DNA of 64,000 bases from NCBI GenBank assembly GCA_963743915.1, contig CAVURN010000001.1, positions 384,001 through 448,000 on the forward strand, read 5' to 3'. Positions 21,870 to 30,673 of this stretch are shown one piece after another (position 1 is the first letter of the stretch; every line of letters begins with the position of its first letter). The translations under genes were made by a program, and so were the position numbers. Source of the stretch: an uncultured Actinomycetota bacterium. Its GTDB lineage: Bacteria; Actinomycetota; Actinomycetes; JAHEKZ01. A model generated the notes under the pieces. That model was not told the origin of the DNA. It ran no database searches and saw only the letters and a program-made list of their open reading frames with translations.

Positions 21870-22931
21870 GTGGCATCTCTCGATCTGGGACAGGACGTGG
21901 CGTCGCTGACGGCGTCGCTGGTGGACGTGTACTCCGAGAGCGGGCACGAGGCCGAGCTGGCCGACGTCGTCGAGCGAGCGCTGCTGACCCTCCCGCACCT
22001 GACCGTCCACCGTGACGGCGACGCCGTCGTGGCGCGCACCGAGCTGGGCCGAGCCGAGCGGGTGGTGCTCGCCGGGCACCTCGACACCGTCCCGCCGGCT
22101 GACAACTTCCCGTCTCGACGTGAGGGGGACGTCCTACGCGGGCTCGGCAGCGCCGACATGAAGGGCGGCCTGGCCGTGATGCTGCGACTCGCAGTCGCTG
22201 CCGTCGCCCCGGCGCGTGACGTGAGCTACGTCTTCTACGACGGCGAAGAGGTCGAAGCCGAGCGGAACGGACTGCTACGGCTCTCCCGCACCCACCCGGA
22301 CTGGCTCGCGGCCGACTTCGCCGTCCTGCTCGAGCCGACCGACGCCATCGTCGAGGGTGGGTGCCAGGGCACGATGCGCGCCGAGGTGACCGTGCCCGGG
22401 GTGCGGGCCCACAGCGCCCGGTCGTGGATGGGTGTCAACGCGATCCACGAGGCCGCGCACGTGCTGGACCGGCTGCGCGCCTATGAGCCGCGACGACCCG
22501 TCGTCGATGGTCTGGAGTTCCGAGAGGGCCTCAACGCGGTCGGCATCGCTGGAGGCGTCGCCGGGAACGTGATCCCGGGCGAGTGCGTGGTCACCGTCAA
22601 CTTCCGCTTCGCGCCGGACCGCTCGGAGCAAGAGGCCGAGCACCACCTGCGCGAGGTGTTCGAGGGATTCGAGCTACGGATCACCGACAGCGCCCCCGGG
22701 GCGCGTCCCGGGCTCGACCACCCTGCGGCTCGGGCGTTCGCGGCCGCGATCGGGGGGACTCCGCGCGCCAAGTACGGCTGGACGGACGTTGCGCGTTTCT
22801 CGGTGCTCGGTGTGCCGGCCGTCAACTACGGGCCGGGGGACCCCCACGTCGCCCACACTGCCGGGGAGTGGGTTTCGGTGCAGCAGCTCGCCGAGTGCGA
22901 GCAACGCCTGGCCCACTGGTTGCTGGGATGA
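21870..22931 (+). CDS. dapE: Succinyl-diaminopimelate desuccinylase
   Basis: [38 protein letters not shown]. Confidence 0.95.
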   Translation: MASLDLGQDVASLTASLVDVYSESGHEAELADVVERALLTLPHLTVHRDGDAVVARTELGRAERVVLAGHLDTVPPADNFPSRREGDVLRGLGSADMKGGLAVMLRLAVAAVAPARDVSYVFYDGEEVEAERNGLLRLSRTHPDWLAADFAVLLEPTDAIVEGGCQGTMRAEVTVPGVRAHSARSWMGVNAIHEAAHVLDRLRAYEPRRPVVDGLEFREGLNAVGIAGGVAGNVIPGECVVTVNFRFAPDRSEQEAEHHLREVFEGFELRITDSAPGARPGLDHPAARAFAAAIGGTPRAKYGWTDVARFSVLGVPAVNYGPGDPHVAHTAGEWVSVQQLAECEQRLAHWLLG

Positions 22932-22983
22932 ACGAATCCCCACCGGTCCAGTCCTGACGGTCGGCATCGCCCTGGAGGCATGT

Positions 22984-23018
22984 CTGAGCCCCCGTCTGCG
23001 GTGCAGACGGGGGCTCAG
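22984..23018. terminator. Perfect 16-bp inverted repeat, likely a bidirectional terminator between convergent dapE and yceI
   Basis: CTGAGCCCCCGTCTGC-ggt-GCAGACGGGGGCTCAG. Confidence 0.75.
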
Positions 23019-23093
23019 CGGCCGCGATGGGTGCGGCGTGTCCTTCGATCTACGGGAGCGGTGTCACACCGCACCCGCAGGGGTGGGGCGGGG

Positions 23094-23675
23094 TCAGGCG
23101 CTCGCGTCGTCCTGCTGCTTCACGGCGGAGACGTCCAGGGTGATCTTGACCTTGTCGCTCACGAGGACGCCGCCGGCCTCGAGGGCCACGTTCCAGGTGA
23201 GGCCGAAGTCCTTACGGCTGATCACCGTCTCGCCAGAGAAGCCGATGCGCTCGTTGCCGAAGGGGTCGGTGGCCAGGCCCTCGAGCTCGACCTCGAGCTC
23301 GACCGGACGCGTGGTGCCGCGGATGGTGAGGTCGCCCGCCATCACGAAGTCGTCGCCGCCCTCGTGCTTGACGCCGGTGGAGCGGAAGGTCATGTCGGGG
23401 TGCGTCTCCACGTCGAGGAAGTCGGCGGACCGTACGTGGTTGTCGCGGTCCTCGCTGTTGGTGTTGATGCTGGCGGTGGAGATGGTGACCTCGGCGACCG
23501 AGGCGGCCGGGTTCGACCCGTCCAGGGTCAGGGAGCCGGAGAAGTCGGTGAACTGGCCGCGGACGGTGGCGACCATGGCGTGCTTGGCGGAGAAGCCGAC
23601 GCGGCTGTGGCTGGGGTCGATGACCCAGGTGCCGGTGGTCTGCTCGAGGCCGGTGGCGAGGGAGGTGCTGGACAT
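23094..23675 (-). CDS. YceI family lipid/polyisoprenoid-binding protein
   Basis: GTWVIDPSHS, VRGQF, RDNHVRSADFLD, GDLTIRG, FGLTWN. Confidence 0.92.
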   Translation of the reverse strand: MSSTSLATGLEQTTGTWVIDPSHSRVGFSAKHAMVATVRGQFTDFSGSLTLDGSNPAASVAEVTISTASINTNSEDRDNHVRSADFLDVETHPDMTFRSTGVKHEGGDDFVMAGDLTIRGTTRPVELEVELEGLATDPFGNERIGFSGETVISRKDFGLTWNVALEAGGVLVSDKVKITLDVSAVKQQDDASA

Positions 23676-23730
23676 GGGGTCCTCCAGGACGATGGGGTTG
23701 GTTTCTTGATCATTCAGTTGTTGAACGCTA

Positions 23731-23784
23731 AGTAGTTGAGCGCGCAATTACTACTCTAACACGGCGGAGGCACCACCGCATTCC
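23731..23784 (-). promoter_or_regulatory. SigR/SigH-type promoter and palindromic operator upstream of yceI
   Basis: Minus strand GGAAT(23784-23780)-N19-GTT(23760-23758); imperfect palindrome AGTAGTTGAGCGCGCAATTACT 23731-23752. Confidence 0.55.
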
Positions 23785-23814
23785 CAGGGTTCGGGACCGC
23801 GTTAGCGTGTCGCC

Positions 23815-24711
23815 ATGACCGACCGTGAACCGTCTGACCCCGGCACCCCTCTCGACGACAAGGGCCGCCCGCTCGTCAGTGCCGACGGGTCCGGCCGCCC
23901 GCACGAGAAGCGCCGCGGGCCGGTGGTGCTTCGCCGGTCGCAGATGCAGCGCAGCACGACCGACCAGCGCCTGCTGGACTCGCGCGGTCCCACCGACTGG
24001 GTGCACGCCGACCCCTGGCGGGTACTCCGGATCCAGGCGGAGTTCGTCGAGGGCTTCGGCACCCTGGCCGAGCTGGGGCCGGCGATCAGCGTCTTCGGCT
24101 CGGCCCGGGTGCGGCGGGACACGCCCGACTACGAGCGGGCCAGAGCGGTCGGCGCCGGCCTGGCGCGGGCCGGATATGCCGTCATCACCGGTGGCGGTCC
24201 CGGCATCATGGAGGCGGTGAACCGGGGGGCGGTGGACGCCGGCGGCGTCTCGGTGGGTCTCGGGATCGAGCTGCCCTTCGAGCAGACGCTCAACCCGTTC
24301 GTCGACATCGGGGTGCACTTCCGGTACTTCTTCGCCCGCAAGACGATGTTCGTGAAGTACGCGCGCGGGTTCATCGTGCTTCCGGGCGGGTTCGGCACCA
24401 TGGACGAGCTGTTCGAGGCCATGACGCTGGTGCAGACGCAGAAGGTCACGGCCTTCCCCATCATCCTCATCGGCTCGGACTACTGGAGCGGCCTGCTCAC
24501 CTGGCTCCGGGAGACGATGGTGGCCGAGGGCAAGGCGTCCGAGCAGGACCTCCACCTGTTCCAGGTCGTCGACGACGTCGACGAGGCGGTCGAGCTGATC
24601 CGCCGCACCGAGGCGGACCGCAGCCCGCTGCGCCAGGAGGAGCTGGACGCCGTCATGGTCAAGGAGGAGGCCGAGCGGCGGGCGGCCAGCAACCCGCTGA
24701 TGGGCATCTAG
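23815..24711 (+). CDS. LOG family (TIGR00730) Rossmann-fold protein
   Basis: VFGSAR, TGGGPGIME, YFFARKTMF, PGGFGTMDELFE. Confidence 0.92.
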   Translation: MTDREPSDPGTPLDDKGRPLVSADGSGRPHEKRRGPVVLRRSQMQRSTTDQRLLDSRGPTDWVHADPWRVLRIQAEFVEGFGTLAELGPAISVFGSARVRRDTPDYERARAVGAGLARAGYAVITGGGPGIMEAVNRGAVDAGGVSVGLGIELPFEQTLNPFVDIGVHFRYFFARKTMFVKYARGFIVLPGGFGTMDELFEAMTLVQTQKVTAFPIILIGSDYWSGLLTWLRETMVAEGKASEQDLHLFQVVDDVDEAVELIRRTEADRSPLRQEELDAVMVKEEAERRAASNPLMGI

Positions 24712-24741
24712 TCAGGCGGACAACCTGCCGATATCTGCCAG

Positions 24742-26166
24742 GTGGACCATCCGTCACCGGGCCGCCCCAACGGCGGTGCGCGCCGTCGGCCTGCGCGTCG
24801 AACGGCGGTGTCGAGACGCGTCCGACGGGTGGGGCGCGTCTCCCGCAACACAGTGCTCCGGCGGTTCTGGGTCTCGCAGATGGTCAGCGAGATCGGCGAC
24901 TGGATCGGACTGCTCGGCGTCGCTGCCCTGCTGTACGAACGCACGGGGCAGGCCGTCATGGCAGCGGCCAGCCTCGCCGCGCTGTACCTGCCCTACCTGT
25001 TCAGCCCGTGGCTGGTCGGCTGGACGGCGAGGATCCCTCCCCGCACCCTGCTGATCGGCGCCGACGTGCTGCGGGCCGGACTGATCCTGCTCCTCCTGCT
25101 GCCCATGCCTGCCTGGGCGCTGCTCGCGGTCGCTTTCCTGGCGTCCATCCCGACCTCGGTCTACGAGGCCACCCGCGCCGCTGCCGTCCCGGAGTACGCC
25201 CCGGACGACGAGACCCGCGAGGACGCCCTGGTGCTCTTCCAGTCGACGCAGCAGGCCGCCAACATGATCGGCTTCCTGCTCGGCGGCGCAGCCCTGGCGC
25301 TGATGGGGTTCGGTGCCGCCATCGGCCTGAACGCCCTCTCCTTCCTGGTGTCCGGGCTCCTGCTGCTCGGCGTCCCCCGTCTCGCCCCCTTCGCTGATGG
25401 TGCCGAGACCGCACGAGGTCTGCTCCGCAGCGGTGTCGGTGCGCTGCGCCGGCAGACGACGCTGCGGCGGGCGGTGCTGCTCTCGGTCGTGAGCGCGAGC
25501 ACGATCATGGCCGGCGAGGCGCTGGTGGTGGTCTACGGGACCGACATCGGCCACCCGGGTTTCGCCGGCCCGCTCGCGGCCATCACCGCGATGGTCGCGG
25601 CGACCCTCGGACTGATGCTTCCGCGCCACAGCGGCAGCCAGGACCTGATGCGCGTCGCTGCAGGCACCATGGTCGGCGGGTCGGTGATCGCCGTCCTCGG
25701 CTTCATGGTGGCCCCCAGCACCGTGGCGGGCATCGTCGCCTACATCGGTCTGGGCATCGTCAGTGCTCCCGGAGCGCTCACCTACGTCGTGGCGGTGCGC
25801 GAGATGCGAGCGGCGATCCGCGGACCCGTGTTCGCCCTGGTGCAGGTGGCGATGATGGGCGGACAGGCGGCTGTGGCGGTCCTGGCCGGTGACCTGGCCG
25901 ACCGGACGTCGGTGGGAACCGCGGTGGCCCTCTGGCAGACCCCGACCGTCCTGCTCGGCGCCTGGATCCTCCTCGCCTCCGTCGCCCTGGCCGGCTGGCA
26001 GCGGGTGCGCACGTCAGGCGGCTCTGCGGCTACGCCAGACCCCGTCGCGCCACCGCCGGCTCCGACGTTCCCGCCACGGCCGACACCATCTCCAGCACCT
26101 GCCGCGTCTCCAGCGGCTGGTGCACCCGGAACACCTGGGCTCCCATCCACGCCGCGAGGGCAGTGA
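24742..26166 (+). CDS. MFS transporter (start may be 24829)
   Basis: About 12 TM helices, SEIGDW, ADVLRA, NALSFLVS; Pro-rich tail overlaps folP. Confidence 0.85.
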   Translation: MDHPSPGRPNGGARRRPARRTAVSRRVRRVGRVSRNTVLRRFWVSQMVSEIGDWIGLLGVAALLYERTGQAVMAAASLAALYLPYLFSPWLVGWTARIPPRTLLIGADVLRAGLILLLLLPMPAWALLAVAFLASIPTSVYEATRAAAVPEYAPDDETREDALVLFQSTQQAANMIGFLLGGAALALMGFGAAIGLNALSFLVSGLLLLGVPRLAPFADGAETARGLLRSGVGALRRQTTLRRAVLLSVVSASTIMAGEALVVVYGTDIGHPGFAGPLAAITAMVAATLGLMLPRHSGSQDLMRVAAGTMVGGSVIAVLGFMVAPSTVAGIVAYIGLGIVSAPGALTYVVAVREMRAAIRGPVFALVQVAMMGGQAAVAVLAGDLADRTSVGTAVALWQTPTVLLGAWILLASVALAGWQRVRTSGGSAATPDPVAPPPAPTFPPRPTPSPAPAASPAAGAPGTPGLPSTPRGQ

Positions 26167-26905
26167 CCGCCAACGTCCCGACCAGGCGTTCGCCGACCGG
26201 ACGGTCGAGGGTCTCGCCGACGAAGTCCTTGTTCGACAGGGACACGAGGACGGGACGTCCCGTGGCCACCAACCGGTCGAGGTGGCGGGTGACGGCCAAC
26301 GAGTGGCGGGTGTTCTTGCCGAAGTCGTGACCGGGGTCGATGAGGATCGACTCGGCACGCACGCCCGCGCTCTCCGCCCGGGCGGCCTCAGCCTCGAGAA
26401 AGTCGAGCACTGCTCCCACGACGTCGTGGTACTCCACCCGATGAGGTCGCGTGCGGGGGGCGGCGCCACCGGTGTGGGTGCAGACGAGACCGACGCCGTG
26501 GTGGGCGGCGACGTGGGCGAGCTCGGGGTCGTACCCGCCCCACGCGTCGTTGAGCAGGTCGGCGCCGACTCGACAGACGGCGTCGGCGACCTCGTGCCGC
26601 CAGGTGTCGACGCTGATGACGACGTCGGGGTGCCGGTCCCGCACCGCCGCCACGAAGTCGACGGTGCGATCGAGCTCCTCGCGGACGTCGACGTCGGCGC
26701 CGGGGCCGGCCTTCACCCCACCGATGTCCACGATCTCGGCTCCGGCGGCCACCGCGGCGTCGACGGCGGCCAGGGCTGCCGGGTCGTCGAAGGTGCTGCC
26801 CCGGTCGTAGAACGAGTCGGGCGTCCGGTTGACGATCGCCATCACGAGCCGGTGTTCCGGTCCGAAGACGCGATCGCGCAGGTGCAGCTGCTGCGGCTGG
26901 GCCAC
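26030..26905 (-). CDS. folP: Dihydropteroate synthase (FolP2-like)
   Basis: MAIVNRTPDSFYD, DIGGVKAGPG, SVDTWR, DPGHDFGK, SNKDF, FRVH. Confidence 0.9.
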   Translation of the reverse strand: MAQPQQLHLRDRVFGPEHRLVMAIVNRTPDSFYDRGSTFDDPAALAAVDAAVAAGAEIVDIGGVKAGPGADVDVREELDRTVDFVAAVRDRHPDVVISVDTWRHEVADAVCRVGADLLNDAWGGYDPELAHVAAHHGVGLVCTHTGGAAPRTRPHRVEYHDVVGAVLDFLEAEAARAESAGVRAESILIDPGHDFGKNTRHSLAVTRHLDRLVATGRPVLVSLSNKDFVGETLDRPVGERLVGTLAVTALAAWMGAQVFRVHQPLETRQVLEMVSAVAGTSEPAVARRGLA

Positions 26906-27005
26906 CGTCACTCCTCCCTGCGAGCCGGCCGTCGCGCGCCGACCGGGCGGGCCGACCGGTCGCCGGCGTGGCACCATCGTGTCGCACCGTGAGGAGGCGC
27001 TCGAC

Positions 27006-27284
27006 ATGTGGATTCCGCTGATGTGGCTGGTGGTGGTCACCGCGTTGGTGGCCGGCGTCGTGGTGCTGGCGCTCGGGCGCGGCGAGGGTCTGCCCGAGCA
27101 GGAGCCGGACGACGTCATCGTGAAGCTGCCCCAAGGACGCCCGATGGTCGCCTCCGACGTGGAGACCCTCCGGCTCCCACTGGCCATGCGCGGGTACCAG
27201 ATGTCCGCGGTCGACGAGGTGCTCGACCGGCTGGCCGCCGAGATCGCGCTCCGGGATGCACAGATCCGGGATCTGCAGAGGTGA
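27006..27284 (+). CDS. DivIVA-domain-containing membrane protein
   Basis: N-terminal TM; RGYQMSAVDEVLDRL. Confidence 0.85.
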   Translation: MWIPLMWLVVVTALVAGVVVLALGRGEGLPEQEPDDVIVKLPQGRPMVASDVETLRLPLAMRGYQMSAVDEVLDRLAAEIALRDAQIRDLQR

Positions 27285-27730
27285 CCGCTGACATCACCGT
27301 CGACGTCATCGTCGACGCCGAACCGCGGGTGGTGTGGGAGGCGGTGACGGACTGGCCCCGGCAGTCGGAGTGGATGCTGGGCACCGAGGTGCGGGCGACC
27401 GAGCAGGGTGGCGTCGGCGTCGGCGGCGGGATCGAGGCCTTCACCGGTGTCGGACGACTCGGCTTCCTCGACACGATGGTCATCACCGAGTGGGACCCCC
27501 CACATCGCTGCGTCGTCCGCCACACCGGCGCGTTCGTGCAGGGACTCGGCATCTTCGAGGTTCTCGCCCTGCCCCAGGGGCGATCGCGATTCGTCTGGGC
27601 CGAGCAGCTCGACCTCCCACTGGGGCGCCTGGGTCAGCTCGCCTGGCCGGTGGTGCGTCCCGGGTTCGCGTGGGGAGTGCGGCGCAGCCTCGAGGCTCTC
27701 GCCGCCGACGTGGAACGTGCGGGGCGCTGA
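27281..27730 (+). CDS. SRPBCC family protein
   Basis: VWEAVTDWPRQSEWM, DTMVITEWDPPHRCVVRHTG. Confidence 0.85.
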   Translation: MTADITVDVIVDAEPRVVWEAVTDWPRQSEWMLGTEVRATEQGGVGVGGGIEAFTGVGRLGFLDTMVITEWDPPHRCVVRHTGAFVQGLGIFEVLALPQGRSRFVWAEQLDLPLGRLGQLAWPVVRPGFAWGVRRSLEALAADVERAGR

Positions 27731-27841
27731 ACCGGCGAGCTCAGCCCGCCCCGTCTGCTCCTGCGACGGTACGGAATAATGGTGCGAACTGTGCCGCGCG
27801 GGTGACGTGCGGCCCGTGCCCGACCTGAAAGGGGTATGCCC

Positions 27842-28009
27842 ATGGCGGCCATGAAGCCGCGTACCGGCGACGGTCCGCTCGAGGTGACCAAGGAAGGTCG
27901 CGGCATCGTGATGCGTGTTCCGCTCGAGGGCGGTGGCCGTCTTGTGGTCGAGCTCAACGCGGACGAGGCCAAGGACCTCGGCGACCAGCTCGTCGCCGTC
28001 GTCGGCTGA
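27842..28009 (+). CDS. DUF3117 family protein (55 aa, not in the ORF track)
   Basis: MAAMKPRTGDGPLEVTKEGRGIVMRVPLEGGGRLVVELN. Confidence 0.93.
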   Translation: MAAMKPRTGDGPLEVTKEGRGIVMRVPLEGGGRLVVELNADEAKDLGDQLVAVVG

Positions 28010-28356
28010 TGTTCGGCCTGTCGGTCCGGTGGTCGCTGAAGGACGCCGGCCCTGACGCAGCGCAGCAGCTGCGCGACTACGTGGTGCAGACATCCCTGGC
28101 CCGTTTCTCGGGCATGGAGGGGCTGCACTTCAAGACCTGGCGGATGGTCGAGGGCGAGTGGTTCGAGGGAACCTACGTCTTCGCCACCGTGGAGGACCGC
28201 GACCATTTCCTCGCCGGCTTCATGCCCGGTGAGGCCAACGCTCCGGGATCCCTGCTGATCGGCTCGCCCCCGATCGCCTATGAGCCCTTCGAGGTCGTGG
28301 CGGTCGCCGAGGGCGCCGCCGGCTTCGCCACCGGCCCAGGACCGGGCTCAGCCTGA
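28009..28356 (+). CDS. Hypothetical protein, dimeric alpha-beta barrel (YdhR/ABM-like)
   Basis: GLHFKTW..FEGTYVF; TGATG coupling to DUF3117. Confidence 0.7.
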   Translation: MFGLSVRWSLKDAGPDAAQQLRDYVVQTSLARFSGMEGLHFKTWRMVEGEWFEGTYVFATVEDRDHFLAGFMPGEANAPGSLLIGSPPIAYEPFEVVAVAEGAAGFATGPGPGSA

Positions 28357-28380
28357 ACCGACCCTCGTGGTCGCCCCGCT

Positions 28381-29037
28381 CTACTCGCCGTCGCCGGCGC
28401 TCGCCTTGCGGGCGACGAGCAGCCCGTCACCCACCGGCAGCAGCAGGGGCTGGATCCGCTCGTCCTCACGCGTGGCGTTGACCAGCAGCCGGACCGCCAC
28501 GGTGGAGGGGTCGCGTTGCGCCGGGTCGGGCACCTTGCCGTCGGCCAGGGCGTGCTCGAAGGCGACGATGCCACCGGGGCGCAGCAGACGCAGACCCTCC
28601 TCCAGGTACCGGTCGTACTCGCGGACGTCGCCGTTGAAGAAGGCGAGGTCGTAGCCCCCGTCGGCCAGTCGGGAGAGCACCTCCAGCGGACGTCCCGTGA
28701 TCAGTCGCACCCGCTGGGTCGGTATCCCGGCGTCGCCGAAGGACCGGCGCGCCGCTCTGGTGCTCTCGGCGTCCTCGTCGACCGTCGTGAGGATGCCGTC
28801 AGCGGTCATGCCCCCGAGCATCCAGAGACCCGACACCCCGGCACCGCTGCCGATCTCGGCGACCGTGCGGGCCCCGACGAGCTGGCACAGCCACCGAAGG
28901 ACCGCACCGGTGGCCGGGGCGACCGTCGCGAGCCCGATCTCGTCGGCGCGGCTGCGGGCGGCTTCGAGGTGCTCGTCCTCGGCGCGGTACTCGTCGATGA
29001 AGAGTCGGGTGGCGCGGCTGGCCTCGTCGATGCTGAT
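28381..29037 (-). CDS. O-methyltransferase (Rv1220c-like); probable ATC start
   Basis: EIGSGAGVSGLW, LADGGYDL, LRPGG, LPVGDGLL; GGAGG 5 nt before ATC. Confidence 0.88.
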   Translation of the reverse strand: MSIDEASRATRLFIDEYRAEDEHLEAARSRADEIGLATVAPATGAVLRWLCQLVGARTVAEIGSGAGVSGLWMLGGMTADGILTTVDEDAESTRAARRSFGDAGIPTQRVRLITGRPLEVLSRLADGGYDLAFFNGDVREYDRYLEEGLRLLRPGGIVAFEHALADGKVPDPAQRDPSTVAVRLLVNATREDERIQPLLLPVGDGLLVARKASAGDGE

Positions 29038-29092
29038 GGCGGCCTCCAGGCGTCCTCGGTCTGCGCTCGGTCGTGCGCGCCCGACCTTATCT

Positions 29093-30310
29093 GTGACCGC
29101 GCCAGGGCCGCAGTCGCCCACCACGTACGGTGGCCCGGTGAGCTCCGTCCCCCCGCAGCGGTACGTCTACCTGCCGCCTGCGCCGTCAGCCCCGTCGTCG
29201 ACCCCGTCGTCGACCCCGTCGTCGACTGGGCGTCGCACCCCGCCCCTGGTGGTGGTCCTGGTGGCAGCGTTGGTGACCGGGCTCGTAGGAGGAGCCGTTG
29301 CCGCAGGGGTGGTGCTGTGGGCCGACGCGCGGTCCGACGAGATCCCGGGCGTCACGCTGCCGTTCGTGCCTGACGGTGGCCGCGAGCCGGCGCCGGGAAG
29401 CGTCACTGCGGTGGCGGACGCCGTCCTGCCGACGGTGGTGTCGCTGGAGGTGCGCGGATTCGAGCAGGCGTCGTCCGGCTCCGGGGTGGTCATCCGACCG
29501 GACGGGTACATCCTCACCAACAGCCACGTGGTCAGCGGTGCGCTGGACGGTGGCTCGATCACGGTCACCTTCAGCGACGGAGCCCGGGTGCCCGCACGGG
29601 TGGTGGGCCGCTCGCCGACGTACGACCTGGCGGTGGTGCGGGTGGAACGGCGGGACCTCCCGACGGCAGCGCTGGGCGACTCCGACGGCCTGCTGGTGGG
29701 GGACCCCGTCGTCGCGGTAGGGGCACCGCTGGGTCTGACCGGCACCGTCACCACGGGCATCGTCAGCGCACTGGACCGACCGGTCACGACGTCTGACGCG
29801 GGCGAGGCGTCCTACATCAGCGCCATCCAGACCGACGCGGCCATCAACCCCGGGAACTCCGGAGGTCCGCTCGTCGACGGGCAGGGGCGCGTGGTCGGCA
29901 TCACCACCGCGATCGCGACCCTCGGGGGTGGACGCAGCGGGAGCATCGGTCTCGGTTTCGCGATTCCCGTCACCCAGGCCCGGCAGATCGCCGAGCAGCT
30001 CATCTCCGAGGGTCAGGCGGAGTACCCCGTGGTCGGGGTGGTCCTCGATCTCACCTATCGGGGACAGGGCGCCAGGGTGCAGAGCACGTCCGGGGCGCGA
30101 GCGCCGGTGACGCCGGGTGGTCCGGCGGACCTCGCGGGCATCGAGCCCGGCGACATCGTGACCGAGGTCCAGGGCAAGGCCGTGGGCACCTTCGAGGAGT
30201 TCGTGGTCCTGATCCGCAGCCTCACACCCGGCGACGAGGTGGACCTCACCGTCCGGCGGGACGGCGACACCTTCACGACCACGGTCACCTTGGGTGCCAC
30301 GGTCGGCTGA
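29093..30310 (+). CDS. htrA: HtrA-like S1C serine protease with PDZ domain
   Basis: TM anchor, LTNSHV, DLAV, IQTDAAINPGNSGG, C-terminal PDZ. Confidence 0.9.
   Translation: MTAPGPQSPTTYGGPVSSVPPQRYVYLPPAPSAPSSTPSSTPSSTGRRTPPLVVVLVAALVTGLVGGAVAAGVVLWADARSDEIPGVTLPFVPDGGREPAPGSVTAVADAVLPTVVSLEVRGFEQASSGSGVVIRPDGYILTNSHVVSGALDGGSITVTFSDGARVPARVVGRSPTYDLAVVRVERRDLPTAALGDSDGLLVGDPVVAVGAPLGLTGTVTTGIVSALDRPVTTSDAGEASYISAIQTDAAINPGNSGGPLVDGQGRVVGITTAIATLGGGRSGSIGLGFAIPVTQARQIAEQLISEGQAEYPVVGVVLDLTYRGQGARVQSTSGARAPVTPGGPADLAGIEPGDIVTEVQGKAVGTFEEFVVLIRSLTPGDEVDLTVRRDGDTFTTTVTLGATVG
29190..29225. repeat. 12-bp tandem repeat x3 (CCCCGTCGTCGA) encoding PSST units in the HtrA N-terminus
   Basis: Three exact copies. 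Confidence 0.85.
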
Positions 30311-30337
30311 GGCGCCGCTGCGGCGTACCCTGGCACG

Positions 30338-30670
30338 GTGCTGTCGGACATCGGCTTCTTCGAGATCGCCACGATCGCGGTCCTCGCGCTGCTGATCTTC
30401 GGCCCCGAGCGACTGCCGAAGCTGGCGTCGGACGCCGCGCGCATGCTCCGCGAGGTCCGCAAGATGGCCACGGGGGCACGTCAGGACCTCAAGGACTCGC
30501 TAGGGCCCGAGCTGTCGGACCTCAACATCAGCGAGCTCGACCCGCGCACCTTCGTCAAGCGCAACCTCCTCGATCCGATCGACGAAGAGGTGACCGACCT
30601 CAACCGTCAGATCAAGGGTGACGAGACGCCGCGACCGAAGTCAGCGGGTTTCGACGCCGACACCACCTGA
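30338..30670 (+). CDS. tatB: Sec-independent translocase subunit TatB
   Basis: DIGFFE..LLIFGPERLP, FDADTT end; htrA-tatB-mrp synteny. Confidence 0.9.
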   Translation: MLSDIGFFEIATIAVLALLIFGPERLPKLASDAARMLREVRKMATGARQDLKDSLGPELSDLNISELDPRTFVKRNLLDPIDEEVTDLNRQIKGDETPRPKSAGFDADTT

Positions 30671-30673
30671 CGG

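Noticed and set aside
26906-28093. N-terminally extended 687-aa FolP
   Set aside because: The extension is antisense to the DivIVA-like, SRPBCC and DUF3117 genes; the real start is near 26905.
29190-29225. Short tandem repeats as a CRISPR array or contingency locus
   Set aside because: 12-bp in-frame units with no spacers in a low-complexity linker; no cas genes or spacer arrays anywhere in the window.
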